From Gemmatimonas sp. (GTDB lineage Bacteria; Gemmatimonadota; Gemmatimonadetes; Gemmatimonadales; Gemmatimonadaceae), in the NCBI GenBank assembly GCA_965279375.1, contig OZ257156.1, positions 4,320,001 to 4,384,000 on the forward strand: a stretch of 64,000 bases of DNA. The letters are read 5' to 3'. Every line of letters begins with the position of its first letter. Positions within the stretch are counted from its first letter, which is position 1. Below the pieces are notes generated by a model that saw only the letters and a list, made by a program, of their open reading frames with translations, was not told where the DNA came from and did not search any database. The position numbers were made by a program, and so were the translations under genes. Of the stretch, positions 10,622 to 19,099 are shown piece after piece.

Positions 10622-10676
10622 TTTCCTACGGTTCGCTCGTGTCACTCCACCCTGCAACCCAAACCGGGAGGTGATC

Positions 10677-10940
10677 GTGTCGAAGGCGCGCGCGTGGGCG
10701 TGGTTTCTGTTGGGTGTCCAGATCATCAACGCCGTGGCGTTCGCGCTCACGGCGATGTCGTCGTTTCAGCTGTCGCCGGGCATGAAGGAGCAGGTCATGA
10801 CGGCCAACATTGCCATCGCGTCCGTGGTCGGTGGTCTGCAGGCGTTCGCCAAGTCGTTGAGTGATCGCGATGGCGACGGCACACCCGATCTGTTCGACGA
10901 GGCGCCGGACGATCCCTCGCACGTGGAACCGGTGCTGTAA
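10677..10940 (+). CDS. Putative holin (two TM helices, acidic C-terminal tail)
   Basis: GGAGGTGA SD before GTG; two hydrophobic segments; immediately upstream of the endolysin. Confidence 0.6.
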   Translation: MSKARAWAWFLLGVQIINAVAFALTAMSSFQLSPGMKEQVMTANIAIASVVGGLQAFAKSLSDRDGDGTPDLFDEAPDDPSHVEPVL

Positions 10941-10941
10941 C

Positions 10942-11483
10942 GTGCCAACGTCGCCGACGTCGCTCGCTGAGGTCGCGGCACGTCCGCGCCGACTCCCGTC
11001 GTGGATTCAGCCGACGGATGATCCGCTCGCGGTCGCGATCGTGATGGCCGCGCGCGAGGCCGTGGGGGAATGCGAGGTCCCGGCCTCGTCGAATCGCGGG
11101 GCCATGATCGACGCCTGGAACACGGAGCGCGGCGCGCCGCTCGGCTCGTACTGTGCGCGAGCTTCGCGGCGTCGATGTGGGCGCAGCAGGGCGCACCAAC
11201 CGCCGGCGTCGGCCACGATCCCTCGTGTGATCGGCTGATGCAGTGGTGCGTGCAGACCTCGCGCTTCAGCAAAGCCCCGGCGCTCGGGGCCTTCGTGTTC
11301 TACGGCGTCCCGGGTGATGCGCAACACGTCGGCATCGTGCAGCGTGTCGCGCCCTACGTCATGAGCATCGAAGGCAACGCTGCGTGGGGCGGCACGTTCT
11401 CGCGCAACGGGGAAGCGGTGATCGCGCGACGCGTCGATCTCGGACGCGTGCTGGGCTACGGGCACGTGCAGGCCCGCAGCTGA
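10942..11483 (+). pseudogene. CHAP-domain endolysin with a 1-bp frameshift at ~11153
   Basis: Frame 1 reads ...SNRGAMIDAWNTERGAPLGSY; frame 3 reads CASFAASMW...QHVGIV...SIEGN. Adding one G (TAC TG[G] TGC) restores the YWCASF motif. Confidence 0.8.
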
Positions 11484-11623
11484 TGCGTGACTTCGGCTAC
11501 TTCCCGATCGTGCGGCGTCCGCTGCACCTCGCGCGCTGGTCCGGCGTCGTGCTGGCGGGCCTGTTGGCCGTCATCGTCGGCGTCGAGCTGTGTACGTGGG
11601 CTGCCGCGGCGGTGTGGCGATGA
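11483..11623 (+). CDS. Small single-TM protein (lysis accessory?)
   Basis: TGATG coupling to the endolysin; hydrophobic VVLAGLLAVIVGVEL. Confidence 0.5.
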   Translation: MRDFGYFPIVRRPLHLARWSGVVLAGLLAVIVGVELCTWAAAAVWR

Positions 11624-11940
11624 ACCTCCGCGCGCTCGAGGCGCAGCTCTGCGTCATGGACGGCGATCGCCTACGCCACGTAGAAACCGTGGCCGAGGCT
11701 AACGGCGTGCTGTTTCTCTGCCCGCTCTGCATGGCCCATCACCCGGATGGTGTCGGCGTCCACATGGTGCACGTGCTCTTCGCGGAGCGTTGGGTGCCGG
11801 ACAACGCCGTCCCGGGCCCCGGTCGCTGGCAGGCCTCGGGCACGACGATCGATGACCTCTCGCTGATGCCGAGTGTGCATCTCACCAGCCCCGGCGGCTG
11901 CGGATGGCACGGCTGGGTCGTGCGTGGAGACGCCACATGA
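11620..11940 (+). CDS. DUF6527-like Cys/His metal-binding protein
   Basis: FLCPLC...H...W...LSLMPSV...CGWHGWVVRG pattern. Confidence 0.6.
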   Translation: MNLRALEAQLCVMDGDRLRHVETVAEANGVLFLCPLCMAHHPDGVGVHMVHVLFAERWVPDNAVPGPGRWQASGTTIDDLSLMPSVHLTSPGGCGWHGWVVRGDAT

Positions 11941-12521
11941 CCGCGCCGCGCTATTACCGGCGCCGCCCCTCGATGCTCGCGGATGTCGCGGGCGTGCTGC
12001 TCTTCCTGGCGATCATCATCGGCGCGACGCGGCAGTGGTTGCAGAACCACGATGCGCGGGTGCGCGCTGAGGTCTATCAGGCGGCCGAGCAGCACGCCGC
12101 CGCGACCATCACCCTGCGCCGCGCAGCGTGGCAGCGCACGTACGACTCCCTCGCGACGCTCTCGCGCGTGCGAGACACCGTACTGGTCACGCAGATCCGC
12201 ACCGTGCGCGAACTCGTCACGCGCGTCGACACCGTGCGTGACTCGAGCGCCGTCGCGCAGGCACTGCGCGCGTGCACCGCCCTCTCGGATGACTGCGACA
12301 CGTTCCGCGTCAGTGCGACGCGCGCGCTCGTTGCTGCGGACTCGCTCCGCCAACTCGACTCCGCGCGCGTGATGACACTCGCGGTTGGACGCGCCGCCGC
12401 GAGTGACTCAGTCGCGCGTGTGATCCGCCAACGCAATGCGCGGCCTGGCTGGCGCGTCGTGTTCTCCACGGCGGCAGTGTCCGCCCTTACCGCGTATGTC
12501 GCGGGAGTTGTCACTCGATGA
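11937..12521 (+). CDS. Spanin-like membrane protein
   Basis: N-terminal TM, long helical periplasmic part with two Cys, C-terminal hydrophobic segment; located in the lysis cassette. Confidence 0.45.
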   Translation: MTAPRYYRRRPSMLADVAGVLLFLAIIIGATRQWLQNHDARVRAEVYQAAEQHAAATITLRRAAWQRTYDSLATLSRVRDTVLVTQIRTVRELVTRVDTVRDSSAVAQALRACTALSDDCDTFRVSATRALVAADSLRQLDSARVMTLAVGRAAASDSVARVIRQRNARPGWRVVFSTAAVSALTAYVAGVVTR

Positions 12522-13045
12522 AACGTGCCCTCGGTGCTGCAGCAACACTTGCGATGGCCGCCGTCGTGATCGCCGCTGCGCCGAAGGCTGGCGTGTCGCT
12601 TTCGAACCGTGTCGCCGCGACGAAGGATGCGCGCGTGCTGACCGCAACGATGACGCCCAAGAGTGGATGGGTGGGCCCGTATCGCTGGCGTATCACCGTC
12701 AATGACAGTCTGCGCTGGACCGCGACGGCGCAGCGGGTGGTGGACACGACGACGCTGGGCTTTCCGGTGTGCGTGCGCTACCGCGCGACGGTGTTTCCCT
12801 TCACGCCGGCGCGGGATTCCCTGACGCGCGTGCTCACGCTGTGCCGCACTGGGATGCCGGATGAAGTGGCGCACCTCGACTCGTACCCGGTGCAAACGAT
12901 TCGCGCCAACAAGCCGCCGCGCATCGGCGACTCGACGTCCTACGTCTGCAAGCTGCTGAGGAACAAGTACAACGGCACCGTGCTGTACTTCGATCCGAAG
13001 TGCCGCGATCTCGCAGATGATTTCTACCACGAGCGGCGCCCATGA
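12518..13045 (+). CDS. Secreted hypothetical protein
   Basis: Signal-peptide-like N-terminus; ATGA overlaps on both sides. Confidence 0.55.
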   Translation: MKRALGAAATLAMAAVVIAAAPKAGVSLSNRVAATKDARVLTATMTPKSGWVGPYRWRITVNDSLRWTATAQRVVDTTTLGFPVCVRYRATVFPFTPARDSLTRVLTLCRTGMPDEVAHLDSYPVQTIRANKPPRIGDSTSYVCKLLRNKYNGTVLYFDPKCRDLADDFYHERRP

Positions 13046-13560
13046 CGATCGATTGGGCAGCCGTACACACCGTCGCGCTGAAGCGCGCCCGACGCGAGTC
13101 CGATGATCACGACGAGGCCGATGACGTCGCGTCGATGGTCATGGCGCGTATGTTCTTCTCGGGCACTGAGATCGACGACCCGCAGCGCGTGGCATACGTC
13201 GCCGCACGCAATGCGTTGCTCGATGTGCGCAAGCGTCTGCACACCCGACACGAGCGGCCGTGGCGTGATGGCGATGACGCGGTCGACGAGACGGCAGATC
13301 CGCTCGCCGCGCTGATCGCCGCGCAAGAGCACGCTACACGCCGCCGCGCCCTTCGCTTGGCGCTGCGTGCCCTCTCGCCAGCCGACCGGCAGGCCGTTCG
13401 TCTCTACCACCTCCGGGGCGTGCCGGTGCCCGAAGTGGCGCGCGCGCTTCGGACGACCGAGGGCGCCATGAAGATGCGGCTGATTCGCGCGCGGCACGCG
13501 ATGCGCGCGACGCTCTGCCCCCTGCTTACGAGTGTTTCCTCCTCTTCCTGCCCATCATGA
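13042..13560 (+). CDS. Phage-encoded ECF-type RNA polymerase sigma factor
   Basis: Region 2-like EADDVAS...VAARNALLDVRKR; region 4 LRALSPADRQAVRLYHLRGVPVPEVARALRTTEGAMKMRLIRAR. Confidence 0.85.
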   Translation: MTIDWAAVHTVALKRARRESDDHDEADDVASMVMARMFFSGTEIDDPQRVAYVAARNALLDVRKRLHTRHERPWRDGDDAVDETADPLAALIAAQEHATRRRALRLALRALSPADRQAVRLYHLRGVPVPEVARALRTTEGAMKMRLIRARHAMRATLCPLLTSVSSSSCPS

Positions 13561-14033
13561 CGACACCGACGCCGACCTCCAGTGAGATCCTCGCCGCGCA
13601 CATCGAGCAGCGCAATGCATGGATCTCGACGCAGTTCCAAACACCGGCTCAGGCCGAACCGTACCTCCTCGTGCTCGAGGCGCGCGCCGCTGCATTCGCC
13701 GCGCACGTCGCCTCGATGGACATCGCGCCTGAGATGACTGTCTGGGCGCTCGCGATGGCGCGCAAGTACGGCAGTTGGGTGCGGGCGCACTTCTTCATTG
13801 CCGACTGGATCACCGCGCTGCTGATCGTGCGATACGGCGAAGAGCCAGACGCCGAGAAGTCGACGGATCAGCGCGTCGATGACGATGGCGTGCGGATCTT
13901 CCAAGGCTGGCCGCGCGCCTTCAGCGATGCTGATCTCCAGCGCGCGCAGGAACTCCTGCAGGGCAAGAACTGGTCTGCGGACCTCACGCTGCTCGCGCGT
14001 GACGCGGGCCTCTCGACCACGGAGACCGCGTAA
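13557..14033 (+). CDS. Hypothetical protein
   Basis: ATGA-coupled to the sigma gene; coding-like codon usage. Confidence 0.6.
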   Translation: MTTPTPTSSEILAAHIEQRNAWISTQFQTPAQAEPYLLVLEARAAAFAAHVASMDIAPEMTVWALAMARKYGSWVRAHFFIADWITALLIVRYGEEPDAEKSTDQRVDDDGVRIFQGWPRAFSDADLQRAQELLQGKNWSADLTLLARDAGLSTTETA

Positions 14034-14471
14034 ATGTCGCAGCTCACCGACTTCGCCGAAAACAAGCTCGTCGACGCGCTCTTTCGCGCGCAGACCCTCG
14101 GCGCGCCCGCGACCCAGTACTGGGCGCTCTTCACTGCGGCGCCGGGCGAGACCGGCGGTGGCACTGAGACCACCTACGGGAGCTACGCGCGCGTCGCAGT
14201 CACAGCGTCACTGGCCAACTGGGCTGGTACGCAGAGCAGTGGCAGCACGACCGCGTCGAGCGGCACCGGCGGACAGACCAGCAACAACGCGGCGATCACG
14301 TTCCCATCGCCGACCAGTGGTCCGGCCACGCTGACACACTTCGCGATGATGGATGCGTCGACCGCCGGCAATATGTGGATGTATGCCACTCTCACGGCAT
14401 CGCGTACCGTCAACAACGGCGACGCCGCGCCATCCTTTGCTATCGCGGCACTCACCGCGACGGCGGCGTGA
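14034..14471 (+). CDS. Phage virion/fibre protein (Gp80-like family)
   Basis: MSQLTDFAENKLVDALFR...ALFTAAPGETGGGTE...YARVAV...NNAAITFP...DASTAGNM pattern. Confidence 0.75.
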   Translation: MSQLTDFAENKLVDALFRAQTLGAPATQYWALFTAAPGETGGGTETTYGSYARVAVTASLANWAGTQSSGSTTASSGTGGQTSNNAAITFPSPTSGPATLTHFAMMDASTAGNMWMYATLTASRTVNNGDAAPSFAIAALTATAA

Positions 14472-14959
14472 TGTCACCGCTGTTTGCTGTGTTCGACATT
14501 GCGTCCGGTGCGCTCATATCCGTGGGCAGCGTGGTCGCAGACCCGCTGCCAGCAGGGATGGCCGCGCTCGACATCTCTGCGGTGGACATGGCGGTCTCGG
14601 AGTGGGACGCGGCGACGCGCACCATGGTACCGCGTGGCCCGCTCGTGCTCACCGAAATGAGTCGCGGCGAATGGATGGCGCGGCTCGGCGATGCCCGCGA
14701 AGACATGCTCAACGAGCTCCGGATCGACCCCGCCGTGCCCATCCCGATTCGGGGCAAGATCGAACGGCTCTACAAGGTGATGGACCGCCGGACCGGCGTC
14801 GATGTGTCGTTCGCTGAGACCATCGCGGGCGTCAATGCGCTCGCCGCGCTAATGGTGTGGGCGAAATCGGCGATGGGGCGCACGGAAGGTCTGGACGTCG
14901 CTGACGTGCCCGCGTTCGTGGCGATGATGCTCGCGCCCAAGGTGGTACCCGTTGTCTAA
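14471..14959 (+). CDS. Hypothetical protein (fibre assembly chaperone-like)
   Basis: TGATG coupling; WDAATRTMV motif; sits between fibre-like genes. Confidence 0.5.
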   Translation: MSPLFAVFDIASGALISVGSVVADPLPAGMAALDISAVDMAVSEWDAATRTMVPRGPLVLTEMSRGEWMARLGDAREDMLNELRIDPAVPIPIRGKIERLYKVMDRRTGVDVSFAETIAGVNALAALMVWAKSAMGRTEGLDVADVPAFVAMMLAPKVVPVV

Positions 14960-15791
14960 CTGGCCGCTGCTGAACGCGAGCGCGACAGAAAGCGTCGGCC
15001 TTGTGCGCGCCAGCTCACGCGGCACCGACTTGGCCAGCGGCGCCGCGCACACGTGGTCCTCCTGGGTGCAGCTCACCGCCGCGACCTCGCGCTCAGCGGA
15101 AGGGTTCCTCGTCAATGTCGTGTCCTCGGCGGGCTGTGGCCGGATTCAGCTCCTCGAGATCGGTATCGGCGCGAGTGGCAGCGAGGTCACGCTGTTCGGG
15201 CCATTCGCGATCGATGGGAACGCCGGCATCGCCACCGAAGGGCAATCGCTGTTCGTACCGATCCGCGTCCCCGAAGGCGCACGCATCGCGGCGCGGGTGC
15301 GCAACTCGACCGGCAGCAACACGGGCCAGGCGAACACTCGCGTCTCGCTGACCTTGTTCCGTGGCGGTGGGCTGTTCCCGGTCGGGATGCAAGAGACGTT
15401 CGCCGTGGGGTTGTCGCTCACCACGGGCAGCGTGACCAGCACGACGCAGTTGGATTCCGGCGCGACGGCCAACACGGCGGGGGCTTGGGTGGAACTCACC
15501 GCGTCCACGCCGGTCGAGACCCGCGGCTTTTACATCTGTCAGTCGTTCAATGCGGGTGATGGCACGCGCGCCACGTACATCATCGACGTCGGCATCGGCG
15601 CGAGTGCGGCCGAAGTCGTCGTCGCGAGCTTTCCCGTCACGGGCGACTTCACACAGCAAGGCGGCCCCAAAATCCTCGGCCCGTTCCCGTTGCATCTGCC
15701 AGCCGGGACGCGCATCGCGGCGCGATCGCAGTCGAGCAGTAACGCGGCGTCGAGCCGGAATTGCGGCGTCTTTCTCGTTCTCATCGGGTAA
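14952..15791 (+). CDS. Virion-like protein with two internal repeated domains
   Basis: WVQLTAAT...IGIGASGSEV...PEGARIAAR is repeated as WVELTAST...VGIGASAAEV...PAGTRIAAR. Confidence 0.65.
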   Translation: MSNWPLLNASATESVGLVRASSRGTDLASGAAHTWSSWVQLTAATSRSAEGFLVNVVSSAGCGRIQLLEIGIGASGSEVTLFGPFAIDGNAGIATEGQSLFVPIRVPEGARIAARVRNSTGSNTGQANTRVSLTLFRGGGLFPVGMQETFAVGLSLTTGSVTSTTQLDSGATANTAGAWVELTASTPVETRGFYICQSFNAGDGTRATYIIDVGIGASAAEVVVASFPVTGDFTQQGGPKILGPFPLHLPAGTRIAARSQSSSNAASSRNCGVFLVLIG

Positions 15792-15795
15792 CCGG

Positions 15796-16146
15796 ATGCC
15801 AGTCTCTATCGCTGCCAGCGGCTCACAGACCGCGACGCTCAACACCGACCACACGCTAACGACCACCGCTGGCCCCACGGGCGGTGGCGTCTTTCAGTTG
15901 CGCGTGGATACCAACGCGCTCGTCAACGGCGAGACGGTGTTTCTCACGGTGCAGACCAAGACGCGCAGCACGGACGTGACGCGCCAAGTGTACCCGCGTG
16001 CCGTGTTCACGCACGTGCAGCAGGACCCGATCAAGGACAGCCCCGCGATCGCGGTACCGAACGGCTGTGAAATCGTCGCGATTTTGCGGCAGGAAGGCGG
16101 CACCGGTCGCGCCTTCCCGTGGGCGCTGTACCGACTCGACGCGTAA
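15796..16146 (+). CDS. Hypothetical virion-like protein
   Basis: ATG at 15796; beta-rich, ends LRQEGGTGRAFPWALY. Confidence 0.6.
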   Translation: MPVSIAASGSQTATLNTDHTLTTTAGPTGGGVFQLRVDTNALVNGETVFLTVQTKTRSTDVTRQVYPRAVFTHVQQDPIKDSPAIAVPNGCEIVAILRQEGGTGRAFPWALYRLDA

Positions 16147-16863
16147 GTGTTCGCGCAAGCGCTCCCCAACCTCAGTGGAGCGCTCCTTGGATCGCTCTCT
16201 CCAGCCGCACAGGGACTCTCTGGTGCGGTGACGTTCGGCGTGACCGCTGCTGGAGCGCTCACCGTGCCGAAGGACTTGGCAGGCAGCCTCGCGATGAGCG
16301 TGACCAGCAGCGGGATGATCGTTGTCCCAAAGGCGCTCGCCGGCGCAATCGCGATGAGCATGACGATGGCGGGCGACGTCGTGGTGCCCAAGGCGCTGAC
16401 TGGCGCGTTGGCGTTGGGCGTGGTGGTGAACGGCGGCATTGTGACGAGTAGCGCGCTCGCGGGAGCCATCCCGCTCAGCGTGTCCGCATCCGGCAGTCTC
16501 AACGTGCCGATAGCGTTGTCTGGTGCGATCGCGCTCAGCCTGGTGGCGAGTGGATCGATCTCGGTCCCCAAGAGTCTCGCAGGCGGCGTCGCGCTCGCCA
16601 TCACGGCGGCTGGGGTGTTGACCATCCCGAAGCTGCTCGGCGGAGCGGTGAGCATTTCGGTCTCGCTCGTCGGAGCGCTGCTCGATACGACGCTGTTCTC
16701 GCACTACGTCGACGGGACGCAGCAAATGATGGCGCGGTACTTCGGCAGCATCGTCGTGCTGTCGAGTCACGAGGGGGATGTCACCGCGGCGCCGTCGTTC
16801 ACCGGAGCAATCACAACGCTCGACCCAACCTCGAGCGTGACTCTTATCGCGGGTGAGCCCTGA
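16147..16863 (+). CDS. Repeat-containing fibre/stalk-like protein (about 8 x 20-aa repeats)
   Basis: Repeats resembling ALAGAIALSVTASGxLxVPK at a 60-bp period across ~16215-16680. Confidence 0.65.
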   Translation: MFAQALPNLSGALLGSLSPAAQGLSGAVTFGVTAAGALTVPKDLAGSLAMSVTSSGMIVVPKALAGAIAMSMTMAGDVVVPKALTGALALGVVVNGGIVTSSALAGAIPLSVSASGSLNVPIALSGAIALSLVASGSISVPKSLAGGVALAITAAGVLTIPKLLGGAVSISVSLVGALLDTTLFSHYVDGTQQMMARYFGSIVVLSSHEGDVTAAPSFTGAITTLDPTSSVTLIAGEP

Positions 16864-17237
16864 TGCCGAACAACATTGCGCCTGAGTTGCCCATCGACAA
16901 CAACGCGTTGATGTGGTGCGAGATCTTCGAGAAGGTACCGAACGGGACGACGGGCACGATCGAAAGCGTGCCGGTCACTGGACGGACCGACATCGTCGCG
17001 TACATCGCCGCGACGGAGCTACTCTCCGATCTCACGCCGATCAACGCGGCGCTGTCGATCCCGCTGCCGCAGATCGGTTCGACGAATCGGTATTCGTCGA
17101 CGATGCTTGGCTCCCTGCTCAAGACGCACTTGCTCGCGCTCGCCGAGCAAACCGTGTACGTACACTTCCGCATGGGCGCCGGGCCCTGGCACGAGGTGGC
17201 GCAGACCATCGTGAAGAACGTGCGAGCGGCTACGTAA
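16863..17237 (+). CDS. Hypothetical protein (paralog 1 of 3)
   Basis: TGATG coupling; aligns by eye with 17239-17613 and 19092-19636. Confidence 0.6.
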   Translation: MPNNIAPELPIDNNALMWCEIFEKVPNGTTGTIESVPVTGRTDIVAYIAATELLSDLTPINAALSIPLPQIGSTNRYSSTMLGSLLKTHLLALAEQTVYVHFRMGAGPWHEVAQTIVKNVRAAT

Positions 17238-17238
17238 G

Positions 17239-17613
17239 ATGGCCCGTCCACCGGCGGTGATCGTGCCGCCCGATCCGATGCTCGTCGTGGATCGGCGCAC
17301 CCCGTTTGTCTGCCACTCGCCTGTGTTGCTCGATGCACAGGGGCGGCCGTTGGTGAACCGCACGGTGCGGCTCGCGCTGTGTGCCGCCGAGGATCCGGCG
17401 ACCGAGATTCACAACACCCTGGCGGGCTACGGCGTGGGCGTCGGCGATGGGTCCTACTCGCTCGCCTTAGTGCCGTACGCGCTCTGGCTGCGCCTCGCGG
17501 ACTTCGCGAACCTGCGGATCTATCTCGTCGCAACGGCCGCGCAGATGGTGCCGGTGAGTCTTCCGCTCCGCGTGGTATGGCGCGCAGACACGTATCCGGT
17601 GGTGCCGGCATGA
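17239..17613 (+). CDS. Hypothetical protein (paralog 2 of 3)
   Basis: Shares PLVNRTVRLAL / GSYSLAL segments with the other two paralogs. Confidence 0.6.
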   Translation: MARPPAVIVPPDPMLVVDRRTPFVCHSPVLLDAQGRPLVNRTVRLALCAAEDPATEIHNTLAGYGVGVGDGSYSLALVPYALWLRLADFANLRIYLVATAAQMVPVSLPLRVVWRADTYPVVPA

Positions 17614-17852
17614 GCTCCCGCCACGAAGCCCGGACACTGCGCGGCACGGCCGCGTGGGAAGCGTCGATCGACCGCGACGACGCCTTACGAGCGGCGCAGC
17701 CCCCGCGCCCCTCGAGTTCGGATCCGCTGCGGCGCTGCGCGACGTGCGGCCAGTGGCCCGTCATGGACAAGCAGAAACGATGCCGCGCCACCGGTAGCCC
17801 GCACGTTTACGTGCCCGCGCCCATCGTGGGCCAGCCGATCATCCGCGGATGA
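17610..17852 (+). CDS. Small Zn-finger-like hypothetical protein
   Basis: CATCG...C...H; ATGA coupling. Confidence 0.45.
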   Translation: MSSRHEARTLRGTAAWEASIDRDDALRAAQPPRPSSSDPLRRCATCGQWPVMDKQKRCRATGSPHVYVPAPIVGQPIIRG

Positions 17853-18067
17853 GTCGTCGCAGGGCGGCTGCAGTACCAGACGCTGCCGCGCCGGAGCTCG
17901 AGCCCGCGATCGAACCGCAGGTCGCGCGCGAGGCCGCGTGGGCGGCGTTCTGGGCGCCGGTGACGCCCATGCTGCTCACCGACGCGGAGCTCGTCGCGCT
18001 CGAGCGCGACCTCGTCCTCACCGCAGGCCGCCCCCGCCGCCCTCCGTCGCAAAAAACTTCCACTTGA
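17849..18067 (+). CDS. Hypothetical protein
   Basis: ATGA coupling; end of the late-gene run. Confidence 0.4.
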   Translation: MSRRRAAAVPDAAAPELEPAIEPQVAREAAWAAFWAPVTPMLLTDAELVALERDLVLTAGRPRRPPSQKTST

Positions 18068-18092
18068 CCAATTAGGCGGTCAGTCTTATTGT
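18064..18092 (+). promoter_or_regulatory. Sigma70-like promoter for radC with an overlapping GACC-N8-GGTC operator
   Basis: TTGACC-17 bp-TATTGT; GACC-N8-GGTC at 18066-18081 and again at 18131-18146. Confidence 0.6.
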
Positions 18093-18167
18093 TCTGGAGT
18101 CGGGCGCAATGAGCGCTGACCAGCACCGCAGACCGCTGATGAGGTCCGCAACAGGTGGAGCAGCACA

Positions 18168-18638
18168 ATGGCAAAGTACCCCCTCCCTGCATGGTGTCGC
18201 ATCGTCCGCCGCGTTGAAGCCAACGTGGTGGCGACCTACCACCAGATGCCGCAGATCCGTCGCCCGTTCGACGCGGTCGCCTACGTGGCGCCGAAGCTCG
18301 CGATCGAAGACGTAGAAGTCTTGGTCGTCATGATGCTTGACGCGCAGAATCGCGTCATGGGCCTGCAGGAAGTCACGCGCGGGCTCGTGAATTCGTCGCT
18401 GGTCCATCCGCGCGAAGTGTTTCGCATGGCGATCGTGATGGGCGCGACCAGCATTGTCGTGGCGCACAACCACCCCTCCGGCGATCTCACGCCAAGCCCC
18501 GAAGATCGGCACGTGACCGAGCAGCTGGCGGCAGCCGGCAAGCTGCTCGACATCCCGCTCTTTGACCATTTGATCGTTGGGAGCCAGAGCATCGCGCTCG
18601 AAGTGTTCACCTCGTTCGCACTGAACGGACTCCTGTAA
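18168..18638 (+). CDS. radC: RadC-family JAB/MPN domain protein
   Basis: SSLVHPREVFR...VAHNHPSGDLTPSPED...LLDIPLFDHLIVG. Confidence 0.93.
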   Translation: MAKYPLPAWCRIVRRVEANVVATYHQMPQIRRPFDAVAYVAPKLAIEDVEVLVVMMLDAQNRVMGLQEVTRGLVNSSLVHPREVFRMAIVMGATSIVVAHNHPSGDLTPSPEDRHVTEQLAAAGKLLDIPLFDHLIVGSQSIALEVFTSFALNGLL

Positions 18639-18647
18639 CGCACGGGC

Positions 18648-18671
18648 GGGCACGGTCGAGTGACCGTGCCC
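18648..18671. other. Perfect 10-bp inverted repeat after radC
   Basis: GGGCACGGTC-GAGT-GACCGTGCCC; no U-tract follows. Confidence 0.6.
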
Positions 18672-18694
18672 CACCCCCCTGACTGGACCACGCC

Positions 18695-19099
18695 ATGACT
18701 GATCAGACGAACCGCCCGGACTTGACCTACGACACCCCGCCACGGCCACCGCTTCGCACGGTCGATCGACCCGACGACAGTCGGCCCGCAACGCCCGAGG
18801 CGCAGGCCGCGCTCGTCAACATGATTGCGATGCACGCTCCACACGTGGGCGAACCCTTCTCGCAGCGACAGTTGGCCCGGAAGGTGCTTGCCGGCCGCAG
18901 CTACCAGGCCGTGCAGGCGTGGCTGAATGGCGAGCCCGTACCGCGCGTCACCGCCGACTGGCTGCTGCACGATCTGCAGCGCGTCGATGCACGCGCCGAG
19001 GATCGCATGATCCGCGTCGCGGCCGATGAAATCGCCATTGTCGTGCGTAGCGGCATGACCACGTCGCCCGCGTCGCTCGAGGAGCACGATCGTGTCTGA
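18695..19099 (+). CDS. HTH (Cro/XRE-like) DNA-binding protein
   Basis: FSQRQLARKVLAGRSYQAVQAWLNGEPVP. Confidence 0.6.
   Translation: MTDQTNRPDLTYDTPPRPPLRTVDRPDDSRPATPEAQAALVNMIAMHAPHVGEPFSQRQLARKVLAGRSYQAVQAWLNGEPVPRVTADWLLHDLQRVDARAEDRMIRVAADEIAIVVRSGMTTSPASLEEHDRV

Noticed and set aside
16215..16680. 60-bp periodicity as a CRISPR array or DGR repeat
   Set aside because: Repeats are degenerate at DNA level but conserved as protein; no spacers, cas genes or reverse transcriptase in the window.
18131..18165. Hammerhead ribozyme core CTGATGAG upstream of radC
   Set aside because: No closing stem II or GAAA follows; the segment is better explained as a GACC-N8-GGTC operator.
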